Shown piece after piece: positions 48,340-60,824 of a DNA stretch of 63,676 nucleotides (within the stretch, counting starts at the first letter, position 1; the number at the start of each line of letters is the position of its first letter). Where the stretch lies: positions 7,008,001 through 7,071,676 of the forward strand of contig CM052817.1 in the NCBI GenBank assembly GCA_028534125.1, read 5' to 3'. Source of the DNA: Lama glama (lineage: Eukaryota). The notes under the pieces are model-generated. The model had not been told where the DNA came from and made no database searches. It saw only the letters and a list, made by a program, of their open reading frames with translations. A program made the position numbers and the translations under genes.

Positions 48340-48890
48340 AAAATCCTATTTGTGAGAGCGCTTTTAGTTATTAGCATTGGAAGCCCAATGAAAACTAACT
48401 TAGTGCAAAAAAGATGATATACACGGTATATAATTGACAAAATCATAGGCAGATTTGGTTTTAGAACCAAATCTAGGGTGAGGTATGGCGGAGCTGGGAG
48501 TTAAGATAATAGCTTCAAGACTCCCTAGTTGTCCTTCATCTCCATGCATCTTTGTTTCCACTGTGGGCTGTCTTTTATGTTCTGCAGGTGGATTTCTCCA
48601 TTTGGCTGGGAAAGCCCTAGTTTATGTCTTTCTTCAGTGTTATAATTGTCCCTAGCATCCACCTGCAGTGGGCTGCAGATCCATCCCTGTACAGATTCCT
48701 CTGGGGGAGAGGATGGAGCACTCTTATCATTGGTCAGTTTTAGTCAAGTACTCATCCTCATAGCAGAGACAGGGGAGTAGGGGTGACTTCAGGTTTCTCT
48801 CACAGCATGGAATGAAGTCTCTCCCAGAACGGAGAAGCTGTACTACTAGAAGTAAGAGGCTAGTGTGTGGGTAGAGAAAACTAGCACCCC
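48340..48890 (-). mobile_element. MaLR LTR, MLT1K-like
   Basis: 'aaaactaacttagtgcaaaaaaga...cattggtcagttttagtcaagtactcatcctca...ctgtactactagaagtaagagg'. Confidence 0.6.
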
Positions 48891-49248
48891 TGTTATCAAT
48901 ATGCTACCATTGTTGTCATCACCCCATTTTCAAAAGAAAGCAAACATGCAGCTGTGCAAGGATAAAGTAGTAGAGAAATAACATGTACACACATATTTAA
49001 CATGCAACTGTAACAACAGTATTACCCCCTAAATGTAATGCTCTTAAAAAACAGGATCAACAGCTATAGAAAGCTTCTGATTCAGTAAGACTTAAGTATC
49101 ATTCTGTTTTTGGAAGTAATTTCCAGTTCAGATTATCTTATTGTAAACCAGCACACACGCCCTCACCATCACTGAATTCTACACAGAGAACAGCACCCCA
49201 CGTTGGGCTAAGCCAGTCACCATCTTCTGGAGCAGAACTCCAGGGCCT

Positions 49249-49439
49249 GGGCGGGGTGCAGCTCAGTGGTCACCGGAACCGGAAGCTGAGTCAGCTCCTC
49301 TGTGCAGAGATTAAGGGAAATCGGAGGGTGCTGTGTGGATGGAGAAGTTCAATAAACTAACCACATAAAGATGCTCGTAACCTAGATGCCATCTTGGAGA
49401 AGAGAAGAGAAAATGGTAAGAAACTTGAAAGGTGAGTCA
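49249..49439 (+). promoter_or_regulatory. Candidate promoter/enhancer motif cluster with downstream splice donors
   Basis: GC box 49249-49257, tandem ETS accggaaccggaag 49272-49285, AP-1/MARE-like agctgagtcagct 49284-49296, YY1-like gccatcttg 49388-49396, donor-like GT at 49416 and 49432. Confidence 0.35.
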
Positions 49440-49619
49440 TTTTACCTAAAGGTCCAGTAATTACAAATCACACTGTATTATTTGAACTGAATTAACATTC
49501 AGTGATTTTATTTCCTTTGTTACCAGCAGTTGGAGGCTTGTGAAGACATTCAGATCTTTTACCAAATACGAAAAAAATCATATTCTCTATACTCATCTGT
49601 ATTATAACATGAGAAATCT

Positions 49620-50640
49620 ATGTATTTTTAACTTAACTATGAAACTCAGAGAAATAGTTATAAGGAAGGCATTGTATAAAATTAGGAAACTTTAGAGGGG
49701 AAAGAAACCATTTTTGTCAAAATGATTTTAAACTCATGAAAAATGATCATCGCTGCTGTAGATGGCAGATTGAAGAATTAAGAATAGTGAAGTCATAAAA
49801 GAAAAGTGAGAAAGGTTCTCAGAGTTCTAAAAAAGGACTGAAAAAATTAAAACAAAGAAAAGGTAAAAACATGGACTTGAGCCAGAATATAATTATGGAA
49901 AACTTAATCAAGAATAATGAAGGAGTACTCAAACATTAGAAGAGACAAAACGAATATAACAATAGACACACAAGGTATTTAAAGTGTAAGTGGATTCAAA
50001 TCTATGCTAATAAATTTGAAAATCTCACAAAAATGCATAATTTTCAGCAAGATATTAATTATGTAAATTGATTCAAGAAAGTAGAAAAATTGAATAGATC
50101 AACGAAAAGAAGACAATTTAAGACTGTCAAAAATTACTTCAAAATATGTCTGCTTTAGGCAGTGTTTTACAGGTAAGTGCTTTCAAACATTCAAGTAACA
50201 AATTATTTACATGCTACACAAATCATTTCGAATCATATCAAAAAACTAAAATAAAAAGAAGAAAATCTTGCAAGTACATTTTTTGATACTAGCTCAATCA
50301 CAGTAGCCAAACAAAGACAGCATAAAAAAAGGAAAATTCATTCCATCCTTATTTATGACTTTAAATGGAAGAAAGTGAAAAAAAATACTAACAAATTGCA
50401 ATTGGTAGTACATTTTAAAAATAAAATTGCGTAGCCTAGGTTGGTAGAACATTCCAGGGAGAGACATGTGATTACTATTAGGGATTCATTAACTTAGTAT
50501 ATCATTGGTCAAATTATTTTTAAAAAGTCAAAGAATCATTTAGAAAGATTCTGAAATGGCACTGTCATATTACATATCCATTCTATAATCCATAATAATT
50601 ATCTATAATAATCCATAATTAAAAAGAAAATTAAGCACTA
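49620..50640 (+). mobile_element. Decayed L1ME/HAL1-like fragments (ORF1-like then ORF2)
   Basis: 'ctatgctaataaatttgaaaatctc', 'aaattgattcaagaaagtagaaaaattgaatagatc', 'ttttacaggtaagtgctttcaaacattcaag'. Confidence 0.7.
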
Positions 50641-51000
50641 AAATGTGATAAGAGCAAGAATTCTATATGCAATGAAGTTAGAAGATAGAAGGGAAAACTC
50701 CTAGGAGTTCAGAATTTTAAAACTTGAATTTGAATGTGTGAGATTCAGAATCACAGATACAGCGTTACAAAAGGTAGCTCTGACAGTGCCTTCTCAATCA
50801 CCTTGGCTATCAGGAGGAGCCCTCTAGGACACAAAGTGCAGCCTCATACCTTTCCAGGCCCTGGGGTGAGATTTGTTAGTTGTGACGATGTTTAAATAAC
50901 TAGATATTTGCATTTTAAAATGTGTAAGCTGTGTGGAAAGCTAGTTATATTATTATACTGATGAACTTAAGGACATAGGTTGGAGTTTCACATCAATTTT

Positions 51001-51035
51001 ATCATCATCACCATCATCATCGTCATCATCATCAT
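51001..51035. repeat. Imperfect (CAT)n microsatellite
   Basis: atcatcatcaccatcatcatcgtcatcatcatcat. Confidence 0.9.
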
Positions 51036-51334
51036 TGTGGTACAGACTGTTTTCCCCATTAACCTGGGCCAAGATATAAGGGACAACATTTGAGCTTAAT
51101 GACTTAATAATAATATAGCTGGAATGACAATAACATTTCAGCACAAGTCATATGGCTAGGTGAAACAAATATTTATGGTGATCTCAAGTTATTTTTGGAA
51201 TAAGATGTAGGAGAAAACACCCCAAATGTGGACAATTTCTAAGCATTCTCCTGGGGCTTTAAGTTTTACTTTGGACGTCAACACGGATTATCCCCACCGA
51301 GCATCACTGCAACACAATGGCCAGGCAGGACAGC

Positions 51335-51460
51335 TGATTTTAGACCTAGAGATTAGCTGAGGGAATTGAGACAGGGAAATTAAGTGACTACTCTGGGGCA
51401 ACTCCCCTAGCAAGTGACAGAACAAAAACTGGAACCCAGGCCTTCTGAGCCTTTGTCTGG
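51335..51460 (-). mobile_element. MIR fragment
   Basis: 'ctgagggaattgagacagggaaattaagtgact...gcaagtgacagaacaaaaactggaacccaggccttctga'. Confidence 0.75.
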
Positions 51461-51837
51461 TTCTGAGGAATAAGTCAAGTGAGTTGTGGCCCTGATGGCC
51501 ACACCACTGCATTACTCTCCAGAAGTCAGGGGTTCAGTACTGCACGTGAACAGGAGATAGGTTGTCATTTACAACAGTGGAGAATAACGCCCTCATTTTG
51601 CCTCTTCTTGTAAACACAGTAACTTCTTCATAACACATGGTGTAAAAGTACAATTGTTTATCCCTCTCTAAATTGCATTAACTCTGGCCTAAGCCCTTGC
51701 CTGCCGTATTGGCTGTGCATAGAAGTCTCTCTCCCTCTGGAGTCCCCTTCACCAGGGATTACCAATGAACCCGTGAAGTAATCGTAAGTCAAAAGAAGAG
51801 CATATTGACTTTCATCCAGAAAATGAGTAATGTTGGA

Positions 51838-52251
51838 TGTTGTGAGCTGAATTATATTCTCCCCAAAATCTGTTGAAGTCCTTACCCTGGGTACCCGTGA
51901 ATGTGACCTTATTTGGAAAAAGGCCCTGCTGATGTAGCCAGGTTAACCAAGACCATCCGGGAGTAGGGTGTGCTCTTAACCCGCTGTAACTGGTGTACTT
52001 ACGCGAAGCAAAGAAGAGACACAGAGGCAGAGGCACAGAAGAACACCATGCGATGTGACCGCGGGGAGAGATTGGAGTGACGAGCTTGCCAACCACGGAA
52101 CTTCAAAGATTGCCAGGAACGCAACTGGAGCTAAGGCCCTGCTGACACCCTCATGCTGGATTTCTAGCCTGCAGAACTATGAGAGAATAAATTTCTGCTA
52201 AGTCACCCGTATTGTGGAAACTCGTTATAACGGTCTTAGGACATTAATGTA
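51838..52251 (+). mobile_element. MaLR LTR, MLT1B/C-like, near full length
   Basis: 'tgttgtgagctgaattatattctccccaaaat...gaatgtgaccttatttggaaa...ggccctgctgacacc...cagaactatgagagaataaatttctg'. Confidence 0.9.
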
Positions 52252-53113
52252 CCCACACGCACCATTGCGTGACTGGATTACTTGCAGTTTTTGCAGAGTG
52301 TCACTACTGCACTCACAAAAGCCTAGCTCTCTTAGCGACCCAGGTCTCCCAGCGTCGTCCTCCGTGGGAAACTGACTCCGCGCTGTCCACGTCTCCGTGT
52401 TCAGCTCGGCCCACAGCGCCCCTTACCAGTGGCAGGGATTACATTTCTTAGTTCTCAGCAACTTCAGCTCCACATGCAAATATTCTCTTCTAAGATGGGG
52501 GTAACCCAGGAGTCATCCGTATTACTTTCTTCCTCGAGATAGAATTTTCCACTTCAGATTACCAGGACAGCTCTGCAGTCATAAGCAAAATTTCCAGCTA
52601 CCCTTAGCAGTGGGTTGATTACTCAGTCCTTCCTGGATAATAAATCTCCACAGTAGTGGCTTGAAGCAGCAGGCGGAGAGGGCTGTTTGGTCCAAGAGGG
52701 GCTTTGTGAGTAGAGCGATACTTTTCATCCCATAATGATGCTTCAGCTTCTAAGACTGAAATAAAAATAATAATAATAAATAGGCCAATAACCTCTTATC
52801 TTCTGTTTACCCCTAAGTCAAATTTATTTGATTCCCTTTTCACATAAGTTTGAGTAGGGTTGTGAGAGCTATTTTAACAACGATGACTTTAACTGAGGGA
52901 GGTGGGACAAACAAACAAACATGGAAGGACATTGAATGAAGGCACCACTGGACTCAAAAATTGTGAAAATGCCAAGGCACACTGTTAGTATTTGATGAAC
53001 TTTTATTGCACAAATGGATGCAGGAATAAAGAAGTAAAGAAAGAAATTTTCATAGATAGCCTGAGCTTTCTAGGCCCTTGCTTTTGTTCTGTTCTGTTTT
53101 GTTTCCACTTTCC

Positions 53114-53445
53114 TTTTTTTTTTGTCATTGACATATAGTCAGTTTACAATGTTATGTTAGTTTCTGCTGTACAGCATAATGATTCAGTTACACATATACA
53201 TATATACACATATTCTTTTTCGTGTTCTTTTTCATTATAGGCTATTAGCAGGTATTTTTTTAACATTTTTTTAATTGAGTTATAGTCATTTCACAATGTT
53301 GTGTCAAATTCCAGTGTAGAGCACAATTTTTCAGTATTACCAGGTATTGAATATAGTTCTCTGTGCTGTACAGTAGGACCTTGTTGTTTATCTATTTTGT
53401 ATATAGTAGTTAGTATCTGCAGATCCTGAACTCCCAAAATGTCCC
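53114..53445 (-). mobile_element. Artiodactyl/camelid L1 3' end with a nested younger L1 tail
   Basis: 'tatagtcagtttacaatgttatgttagtttctgctgtacagcataatgattcagtt...ttgaatatagttctctgtgctgtacagtaggaccttgttg'. Confidence 0.9.
53257..53334 (-). mobile_element. Young camelid-type L1 3' end, 78 bp, with TSD
   Basis: 'aacattttttta attgagttatagtcatttcacaatgttgtgtcaaattccagtgtagagcacaatttttcag'; TSD tatta(g/c)caggtatt at 53243-53256 and 53335-53348. Confidence 0.88.
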
Positions 53446-54499
53446 CAACTTCACTACAAATCTGAATCCTTAGTATGCTACTCCCGGCTCTCTAATCACC
53501 TGGCTCACCTCTTGGCTTCAGATCCGCGCCACTACCTGCGGGTCACACTCCAGCAACCCAGATCTGCAAGCATGTGCACGCTCCTTCCATGGACTTTCAT
53601 TCAGCAGCACATTCGCTCTTTCCTGGAAGTCTGTTTTCATCTCGCTGACTTGTATCAATCCTTCAGGACTTATCTCTGGTGGCGTCAACTTTTGAAAGCT
53701 TGTTTGCTTCTCAGCCTCCAAATCGTGCTAAGTGTAGCAAAGAAGAGGAAGACTGAAGATCCCGGCACGGCTTTGGTTACATTCTTTAGCACCTTTCAGA
53801 AGATCAAATGTTATTAATGAAACTGAATATTTTATTTATGCTTTATTGACATTTGCATTTCTTTAAAAATGTCTCTCTTCGTATTTCCTCCATTTTTTTC
53901 TTCTGCAATTCATACTAATTTCCATCTACCCATGAGAGTTCTTCATATATCTTGCTATATTTGCACCCAATCTTTCATCTATCATATACATGTTTTCCAA
54001 GGTTATAGTTTATCATTTCACATATTTACAAAATTTGCAGTGTGTGGAAACATTTAATGTAGAAAATCTATGGATTTTTTTTACTACCATATATACCTTT
54101 TTCTTTAAACTTTGAAATCCTTTAATTTTTGTTTTGCTTGTCTGTATTAGCTCTTTATTTTAAATTTATTTCAGTAGTTTGGAAGAAATGATATAAATGT
54201 ATAAGAATTTAGAAATGTGTTGTGTGCCTTGTTTTACCTGCTGGGATAAAATGCCAGGGTTGGGTTGTACTTTAAAAGCTGTTTCATCGTCAGACTTTAC
54301 TTTTATTCTTTCAGCACCTGAAAAATAGTACCAGATGATGAAATGTGCATCCCCAGGTGCCTCAGTGGATTACACCATTTCCACGTATTTTTGATTCCAC
54401 CATCCTATGGAGACAACATTAATGCAACTTGAACAGACTCAGTCCACCGTTTTGATGTCATGGGAATACGATTATTATTTACATGAACAAATCCATAAA

Positions 54500-54660
54500 G
54501 CATCCCTTCTTCAAACTGGGTCCATGGATCCTGGACAGCCAGCATCAGCCTCATTCAGGAAAACTTGCCGAACGTATAGATTAAGGAGTCCCACAGAATT
54601 ACTGAAATAGAATCTTTATAATTTGGGATCAAGCCCTATGCAAACGCAAAGGTTAGGATT
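54500..54660. mobile_element. MER5A/B-like hAT-Charlie
   Basis: 'ttcttcaaactgggtccatgg...cagcatcagcctcattcaggaaaacttg...actgaaatagaatct'. Confidence 0.65.
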
Positions 54661-55004
54661 CTCTAACCCTCACTCTGAGTTATTAAGAAAGGTAATTTTT
54701 GCTTTGATTCCATTTCCAAACGTCTAGCAATAACCTGCCTCAGACCTTAAATTACCTATATCAGGGCTTGTCACCTCGTTTCATCCTGGCATTCAGTCTT
54801 CACAGGAGTAACAGAGTAAAGACAGTATTCACCAACAAGCTAGTGTTGAAGACTTCAGAAATATTTCCAAAGTAACTACTACAACTCTTCACCCAGAACT
54901 ATAAGTTTTGCTTGTTGGCTTGCTTTTCAGTCCTCTGAATGCAATTCCAAATGAGAAGTCCTACAGAATTTTGAGGGCTGGGAGCAACTTTTGAAGGGAA
55001 CAAC

Positions 55005-55245
55005 TCTTGTTTGAATATGTATTTTGGGGCAATTATTTTGCACTTTTACTTGAATTATTGCACTTAATTATTATTTCAATCCTTTGTGGTGAGGTTTTTA
55101 TTTTTAATTTTTGCAAAACAAGGAAAGCAAGCTTAGGTGAGATGGGGTCCCTTGGCCAAAATCACAAACTAGAGATGTCAGAGCCAAAGTTCAAAGCTGA
55201 GATTTCTGGACCCAAATCCAAGGCATACTCTCTCGAGCATAGCTG
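55005..55245 (-). mobile_element. MIR SINE
   Basis: 'acaaggaaagcaagcttaggtgagatggggtcccttggccaaaatcacaaactag...cagagccaaagttcaaa'. Confidence 0.75.
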
Positions 55246-55629
55246 CCTGAGATGCACCATGCAGGCCATTTCCCAAATAACCTGCTATGAGTCAAGCGTT
55301 AGGAAATCATGCAGAAGCCAATGATTAAGAGAAAGCAGGGGAAAGCAGTTAGGACTAAAGATGAGCTGTTTTGCTCTGGAGTCAGGTAGGCAGAAGCGTC
55401 TTAGACCCTCTCAGAAAGCAAGCAGCCATTAATTCTCATCTGCTTCCTTAGAGACCCAATGGCACTCACTCTCTTTGGTTAATGGGAACAAGACACTTTG
55501 ACCTTGTTCGTTGTATCATCTATAGGAATTCCAAAGTATTCCCTATATGATGATTCTGAAAATTTTGTCCCCAAACTTAGCCAAAAAACACGAAGCATTT
55601 TTACAATGTAATAAATAATGTTTGTCTGT

Positions 55630-55865
55630 AATCATCTAATTGCACATCAGTAAATAATACGATTTAGTGTGTAATACAAGACCTTTCACATGTTACTTTG
55701 TTCAGTTCCCACAACAGCTTGCTCAAGTCATGATTGCTCTCACCTATTTCCATACTGCCGATGACAAAATTGAAATTGAACACTGTGGGGATGACTCTTT
55801 CAAGGTCAGTGAAGTAACACTAAGCTTGGGATTGTGTCTCCCTGCTTCAAAGCTTTGACTCTGTG
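55630..55865 (-). mobile_element. MIR SINE
   Basis: 'gatgacaaaattgaaattgaacactgtggggatgactctttcaaggtcagtg'. Confidence 0.6.
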
Positions 55866-56854
55866 AGGTTTCCCCTCCAATCCCTGTCATTTCTGCTACA
55901 TACAGAGAGTTCCAGCTTACTAACCAGATGTTCAATGACAGAAAGACTATTCTTGTCTTTCTTAAAAGGTGAAAGGCTATGGTATTCACAGGAGGGCTTG
56001 AATGAGAGAAATGCAGCATAAACGGGGTTATTGAAAGGACAGACAGCCAAATGCAGTGTAGACAATCCTTGCACAGACAGCTGCGACATTCGGCTGGGGC
56101 AGAAGCAGCACTGTGATGTCAGAGCTGTTCGGTAGAAATAACAGTAATCCAGACCCAACACGCAAAATCATCAGCAAACCCTAGCTGACGTTGAGTTAAG
56201 ACAGGAAAACAGTGTGGCTACGCCCTCCTCCCCACCCCTCCACCCATCATAGACTGCAACTGAATGAAACACTTTGATTCAAGAAAGAGTCTCAAAATAT
56301 TCTGATATCCCCCTTCTTGTTTTAAAGAGCTGTATCCTTTATTTCCCCAATTTATTTATTTTTGCTGCAATATCAACTTTATTCTCATTTTAAATTAATG
56401 CAATCCCAAAATAACATGACAGTTTTCAACCTCTGGATGCCAGATCTCTCTTTTCATCTCTTATTTTCCACTAAATTGCGTCTATGTAATGTAAAGTCAG
56501 TATCTTCGTATCTGTGAGATGTTAAATTTCACATGTCTGATTTCACTTTGTGCTATGTTTCTTAAAGGGCTGTTTGTCTGCAAATCAAACATTCTGTTGG
56601 AGAAAAAAATAAAATCCCGTTTAAATGTGAAATACATATAAAATTTTGAAATGTGTATAAAAAGACATTCATCTGAAAACAAAAAGATACAAGTCACTAC
56701 ACACAAAGTCCTTAGAAAAATGGCTATTATGTGGAAAGTGGCCTAGATTTGCAGCTAGTATGTTACTGTTACGATTGTTACTATTCTAATCTATGTTATT
56801 GTTGCTGTTGTTTTTAATCTCTCTATTCCAGCTACTAGAAATGTTCTTTCTTCC

Positions 56855-57100
56855 ATTTTTAAAAATAAAAGCTATATGTATTTAAGATACAACAGGATAT
56901 TTTGGTATGCATGTACATGGTAAAATGCTGTCTAAAGTCAAGATAATGAACATATCCATCAATTTACATAGCTCTCATTTTTGTGTATGTGTGGTGAGAA
57001 CATCTGAAATCTACTCCGTGATTTTCTAGCATACAATACGGAATTATTAACTGCAGTCATCATGCTGTACATTAATAGTTCTCTAGACTGAATCATCCAG
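56855..57100 (-). mobile_element. L1MA-class 3' end
   Basis: 'caagataatgaacatatccatc...gtggtgagaacatctgaaatctactc...attattaactgcagtcatcatgctgtacatta'. Confidence 0.85.
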
Positions 57101-57189
57101 ATTTATCTTGAATTCTGTTAAAAAATATTTCCAACCCATAAATAATTAGAATGTAGCTCTTGCTTCAGTAATAATGAGGCATTGGGGTT

Positions 57190-57400
57190 TTATAACTTAC
57201 TGGGGACATTCGCCAATATTATCTTTATTAATCCTCTGCATGAATGTTTGAAATATCCTTCATTTGAAATGCATATTTCATGCATGGAAACTGATTTACT
57301 GAGTTCAGGTGAATTGTACAAGTTCTCCAGATAGGATATGAGAGAGCTGGATATGAATGGGTGTCTCTTTATTAAACTCTAGTGCCTTTCTCACTGTATT
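57190..57400 (-). mobile_element. MIR SINE
   Basis: 'ggaaactgatttactgagttcaggtgaattgtacaagttctccagatagg...agagctggatatgaa'. Confidence 0.55.
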
Positions 57401-57774
57401 AGATGGCCTCACAACCTGCACTTTAATGCACTTGAACTTCCTGTCTCCCCACATGAGGGCAATTCCTCTGGACAGAGGAGATGAACGTCAGGAGACACTG
57501 AGTAGCTCTTTTTCTCTCCTACATGCTGTGATATTAAATCTCTGTCCTCATCTGGTCTCTCTCTCTCATTTCTGTGCTTATGACAAAATGAAAAAGGTTA
57601 TTTTCTGCCCTGTTTTTCTATTCATATAGGTTTATGTCACCCATTTTATTCATTTCATTTTGCATTTTAATTCATATTTCAGTCAGCTTCATAGCCCATG
57701 TGATTTTATATTTGAAAGCCCAATAAAAATCAATATATGATTCAGTGCTTTCAAAGATGTGCTGTTGGGAAATG

Positions 57775-58320
57775 AAATTAATTCATTCTCTCATTCAGCA
57801 CGAGCCCCAGTTGGATGCGTGGCAGTGACGAAGAGGCAGCAATAAATCAGGCCCTTCTCTCAAGAATCTCGTTGTCTATCACGGGAGGTGAAGTTCATGC
57901 CCCAGAGAGCTGTAGCGCCAACTATCGGACCCCCATTCAAGTGCCATGAGATTTTAGTGGAAGCAGCCACCCCCAGCAGAGAGAACTGGGCACTGCGATT
58001 GGTCAAGCCAAGGGTGGGAGTCACATGGGCATGTGCTTATAAAGTGATATATACCAGAGAGAGGGAAAAGCCAGAAGATAGGAAGAAAAGAACTGAGCAT
58101 GGACAGAACACAAGAAAAGTTCTGTTTTAATGAAATAACGGGGCTCAGGAGAGACAGGAGTGAAAAATACGTTTGAAAAAAGGAAGAGTGAACCAGAATT
58201 TTAGAGGATTGAATGCCTGCCTAAGACTTGGGCATATTATTAGCAACGGGAAACTAATGGGGGTTTTGAGCAGAAGGATGAAATAATAATCAAAGATTGA
58301 AAAAATAAATATTCAATTTT
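57775..58320 (-). mobile_element. L2 3' region
   Basis: 'attcattctctcattcagca...aaatcaggcccttctctcaagaatctc...gggaaactaatgggggttttgagcagaaggatga'. Confidence 0.7.
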
Positions 58321-58574
58321 ACAGAATTATTAATCATCAAATTGGGTTTGGGAGAGCACGAATGGAACGCCAAATCCAAAGTCCATTCTAGAGAACATAT
58401 AGACCTATTCTAAGAAACATTTTTATTTAAATGATATAATAGGGAAGTATAATAATTTTCAATTCTTTATACCAACATAGACATAAGCCAACAATACTTG
58501 CATGAGAAAAAGAGGTTTAAATAGAAGCTCTTCTTGTATCTAAAACATAGGCTGTTGGTGTACTACCACAGAAT

Positions 58575-58720
58575 GTATCTCTTTGTACCATATTCATTAT
58601 CTTACTGCCTCTCCTCAGCTGGACCATGAGCTACGTCGGAGCAGAAGGCACATCATAGGAGTCTTTGTGCAGCCCCTGCGCTAACCCAGGGTCTGGCATC
58701 TGGTACAATCTCACTAAATG
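58575..58720 (+). mobile_element. L2 3' end
   Basis: 'tgcctctcctcagctggaccatgagctac...ctaacccagggtctggcatctggtacaatctcactaaatg'. Confidence 0.7.
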
Positions 58721-59047
58721 GAGAGCATACGTCACCACGGTTCTGCTCTTTTAAAGCTGATTGACCCCTCAACTCAAATCCAAGAAATCTCTCAGCAACC
58801 CACTGTGTTTATAGTAAATTTTTAAAAGACCTTCAGCAATGTATGTCACCTATCACATTTTTGAAATATGTTTAAAATAGTAAATGGATGATATATCATT
58901 TGCACTTAAAATAAAGACGACTTCAAATGCATTGCATGTCATGTGATACTTTCCATCTTTCTCTTGAAAACTATTTTATTTTATGTCACTTTTCATCTCT
59001 TTAGAGTCTTGAATAGTGCTGCGTGTGTGTTCTATATATTTTAAAAA

Positions 59048-59427
59048 GTACTTTATTTTTTAAAGCACTTTTAAGTTCATATGAAAACTGAAGGTGAGCT
59101 GCAGAGATTTCTCATATGCCCCCTGGCCCTGCATGTACAAAGCCTTCTCCATTATCGGCATGGTTGTGGTCCATTTGGTGGTGGTGTCCATTGGTTATGA
59201 TTCATGAACCTACACTGATAGATCATAATCACTGATAGTCCTTTGTCTGCATTAGAGTTCACTTTTGTTGATGTACATTCTGTGGGTTTAGACAAATACA
59301 TAATGCATGTATTCATGATTATAATATCATATAGCATATTTTCACTGCTGTAAAAATCCTCTGCACCCCACCTATTCATCCCTCCCCACCACCCTTGGCA
59401 ACCACTGATCTTTTCACTGTCTCTCCA
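59048..59427 (-). mobile_element. L1MC1-like 3' end
   Basis: 'gcagagatttctcatatgcccc...gaacctacactgata...ttcactgctgtaaaaatcctctg...ttggcaaccactgatcttttcactgtctc'. Confidence 0.88.
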
Positions 59428-60824
59428 TCATTTTCCTCTGTTTATACAATTTTATACCACATGAGTCATCTAATAATGATGGAGTTTAGAGCAGATTGCA
59501 TATATTCTTTTCTGCATTTTCTTTTGTACAATTTTCATTATACATTTTCCTATTAGGAAAAGGGAATGCTAAAGGAAAAAAATGTTCTGTGATTTTTCTT
59601 GGAAGCGTCTGTGGATTTTAATGAATAACAAATATTTGAATAGGAAAAGAAAAACACTGAAACAATAAGGGGAAAGTTAGTTACTTCTTTTCTTACTGTG
59701 AATGAAGGTGAATCAAAGGGACAGATGGGACCCTAGGTGGCATTCAGTATTCAATGTGGAAGGTAATGAGATGGGGGTGGGGTGGGGGGAGGAATAGACC
59801 CTTTCTATGGTTTTCAAAACTAAGAGTCAGGAAAGAGAAAACAGATTGTCACAAATATAAATTATTCATTGAAGACATAGAGTGAAAAAAAGAGGGTTTT
59901 AGAGTCATTGTTTCAAGTCCCCCCCTCTATGGAGGAAAGGTAATTCTTAGTATTGAACAGATTCTCCCCTGAGGAGATAATTGAGTCATCAGGGGAAGAT
60001 GGGGAACTAATGGGGATTCAGACTCAAAGAAGTTTATTAGAAGTGCTTTAAAACTATGAAATGTTCAATTTAGGGATGGAGGTAGCGAACTTGCCGCTCA
60101 CTTAATTACAAAAATCATGTGATGTGAACTTGGAAGTGGCGGATGAGGTAGATCCAGGCACGCAGAGACATTGCCAAGCAGGAATAAAGACATGGACTAT
60201 GTAATTAAATTGTGGGAAGGAGACAGATGTTGTCAGCCTGCTACTTGTTACAAGGTAAACAAAAGAATAATGCAATAACACATATAAAAAATAAAATGTT
60301 AAATTGCTTTTGTGTCCTCAGCAAACTGAAAGTCATCTGAAGCAATAGTTGCTTTTTATTCACTTTTTGATGTTTCTTGATTATATAACTATTTCTTTAT
60401 TCGGGTTCACAAAGGATTGAGCAGCAGGGCGGTTAAAATTGAACACATTGTAATGTAATTGTTGAAAAATAGAAACAGTTTACAATGTAAAAGACAATTT
60501 GACTGGTAAGAGGGGAAAACATCTTTCTAAACTAATGTGATAAGAAATGAAATTTGATGACTTTCACTCTCTGCAGTGATGGAGTTTGCAGATTAGATGA
60601 GTAGGCTGCGCTGAAATTCTAAACCTGTTGACGTTGGGCTCCCTTAATTGGCTCTTTAAAAGGCTAGAGGGAAGGAAATAAAATTTGAAGCATGTCATTG
60701 GGCTTAAAGGACGACAGAGAAAAAACATTTTTTTCCTCCCTAGAAGAGGTTGAAAATGTATAAATACTTTCAGGACACATTTTTTGTTTGTTTGTTTGCT
60801 GTTTGTTTATTTGTTTTTAACATA

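Noticed and set aside
49249..49270. tRNA gene or SINE head 'gggcggggtgcagctcagtggt'
   Set aside because: A-box-like only; no B box, cloverleaf, tail or TSD follows
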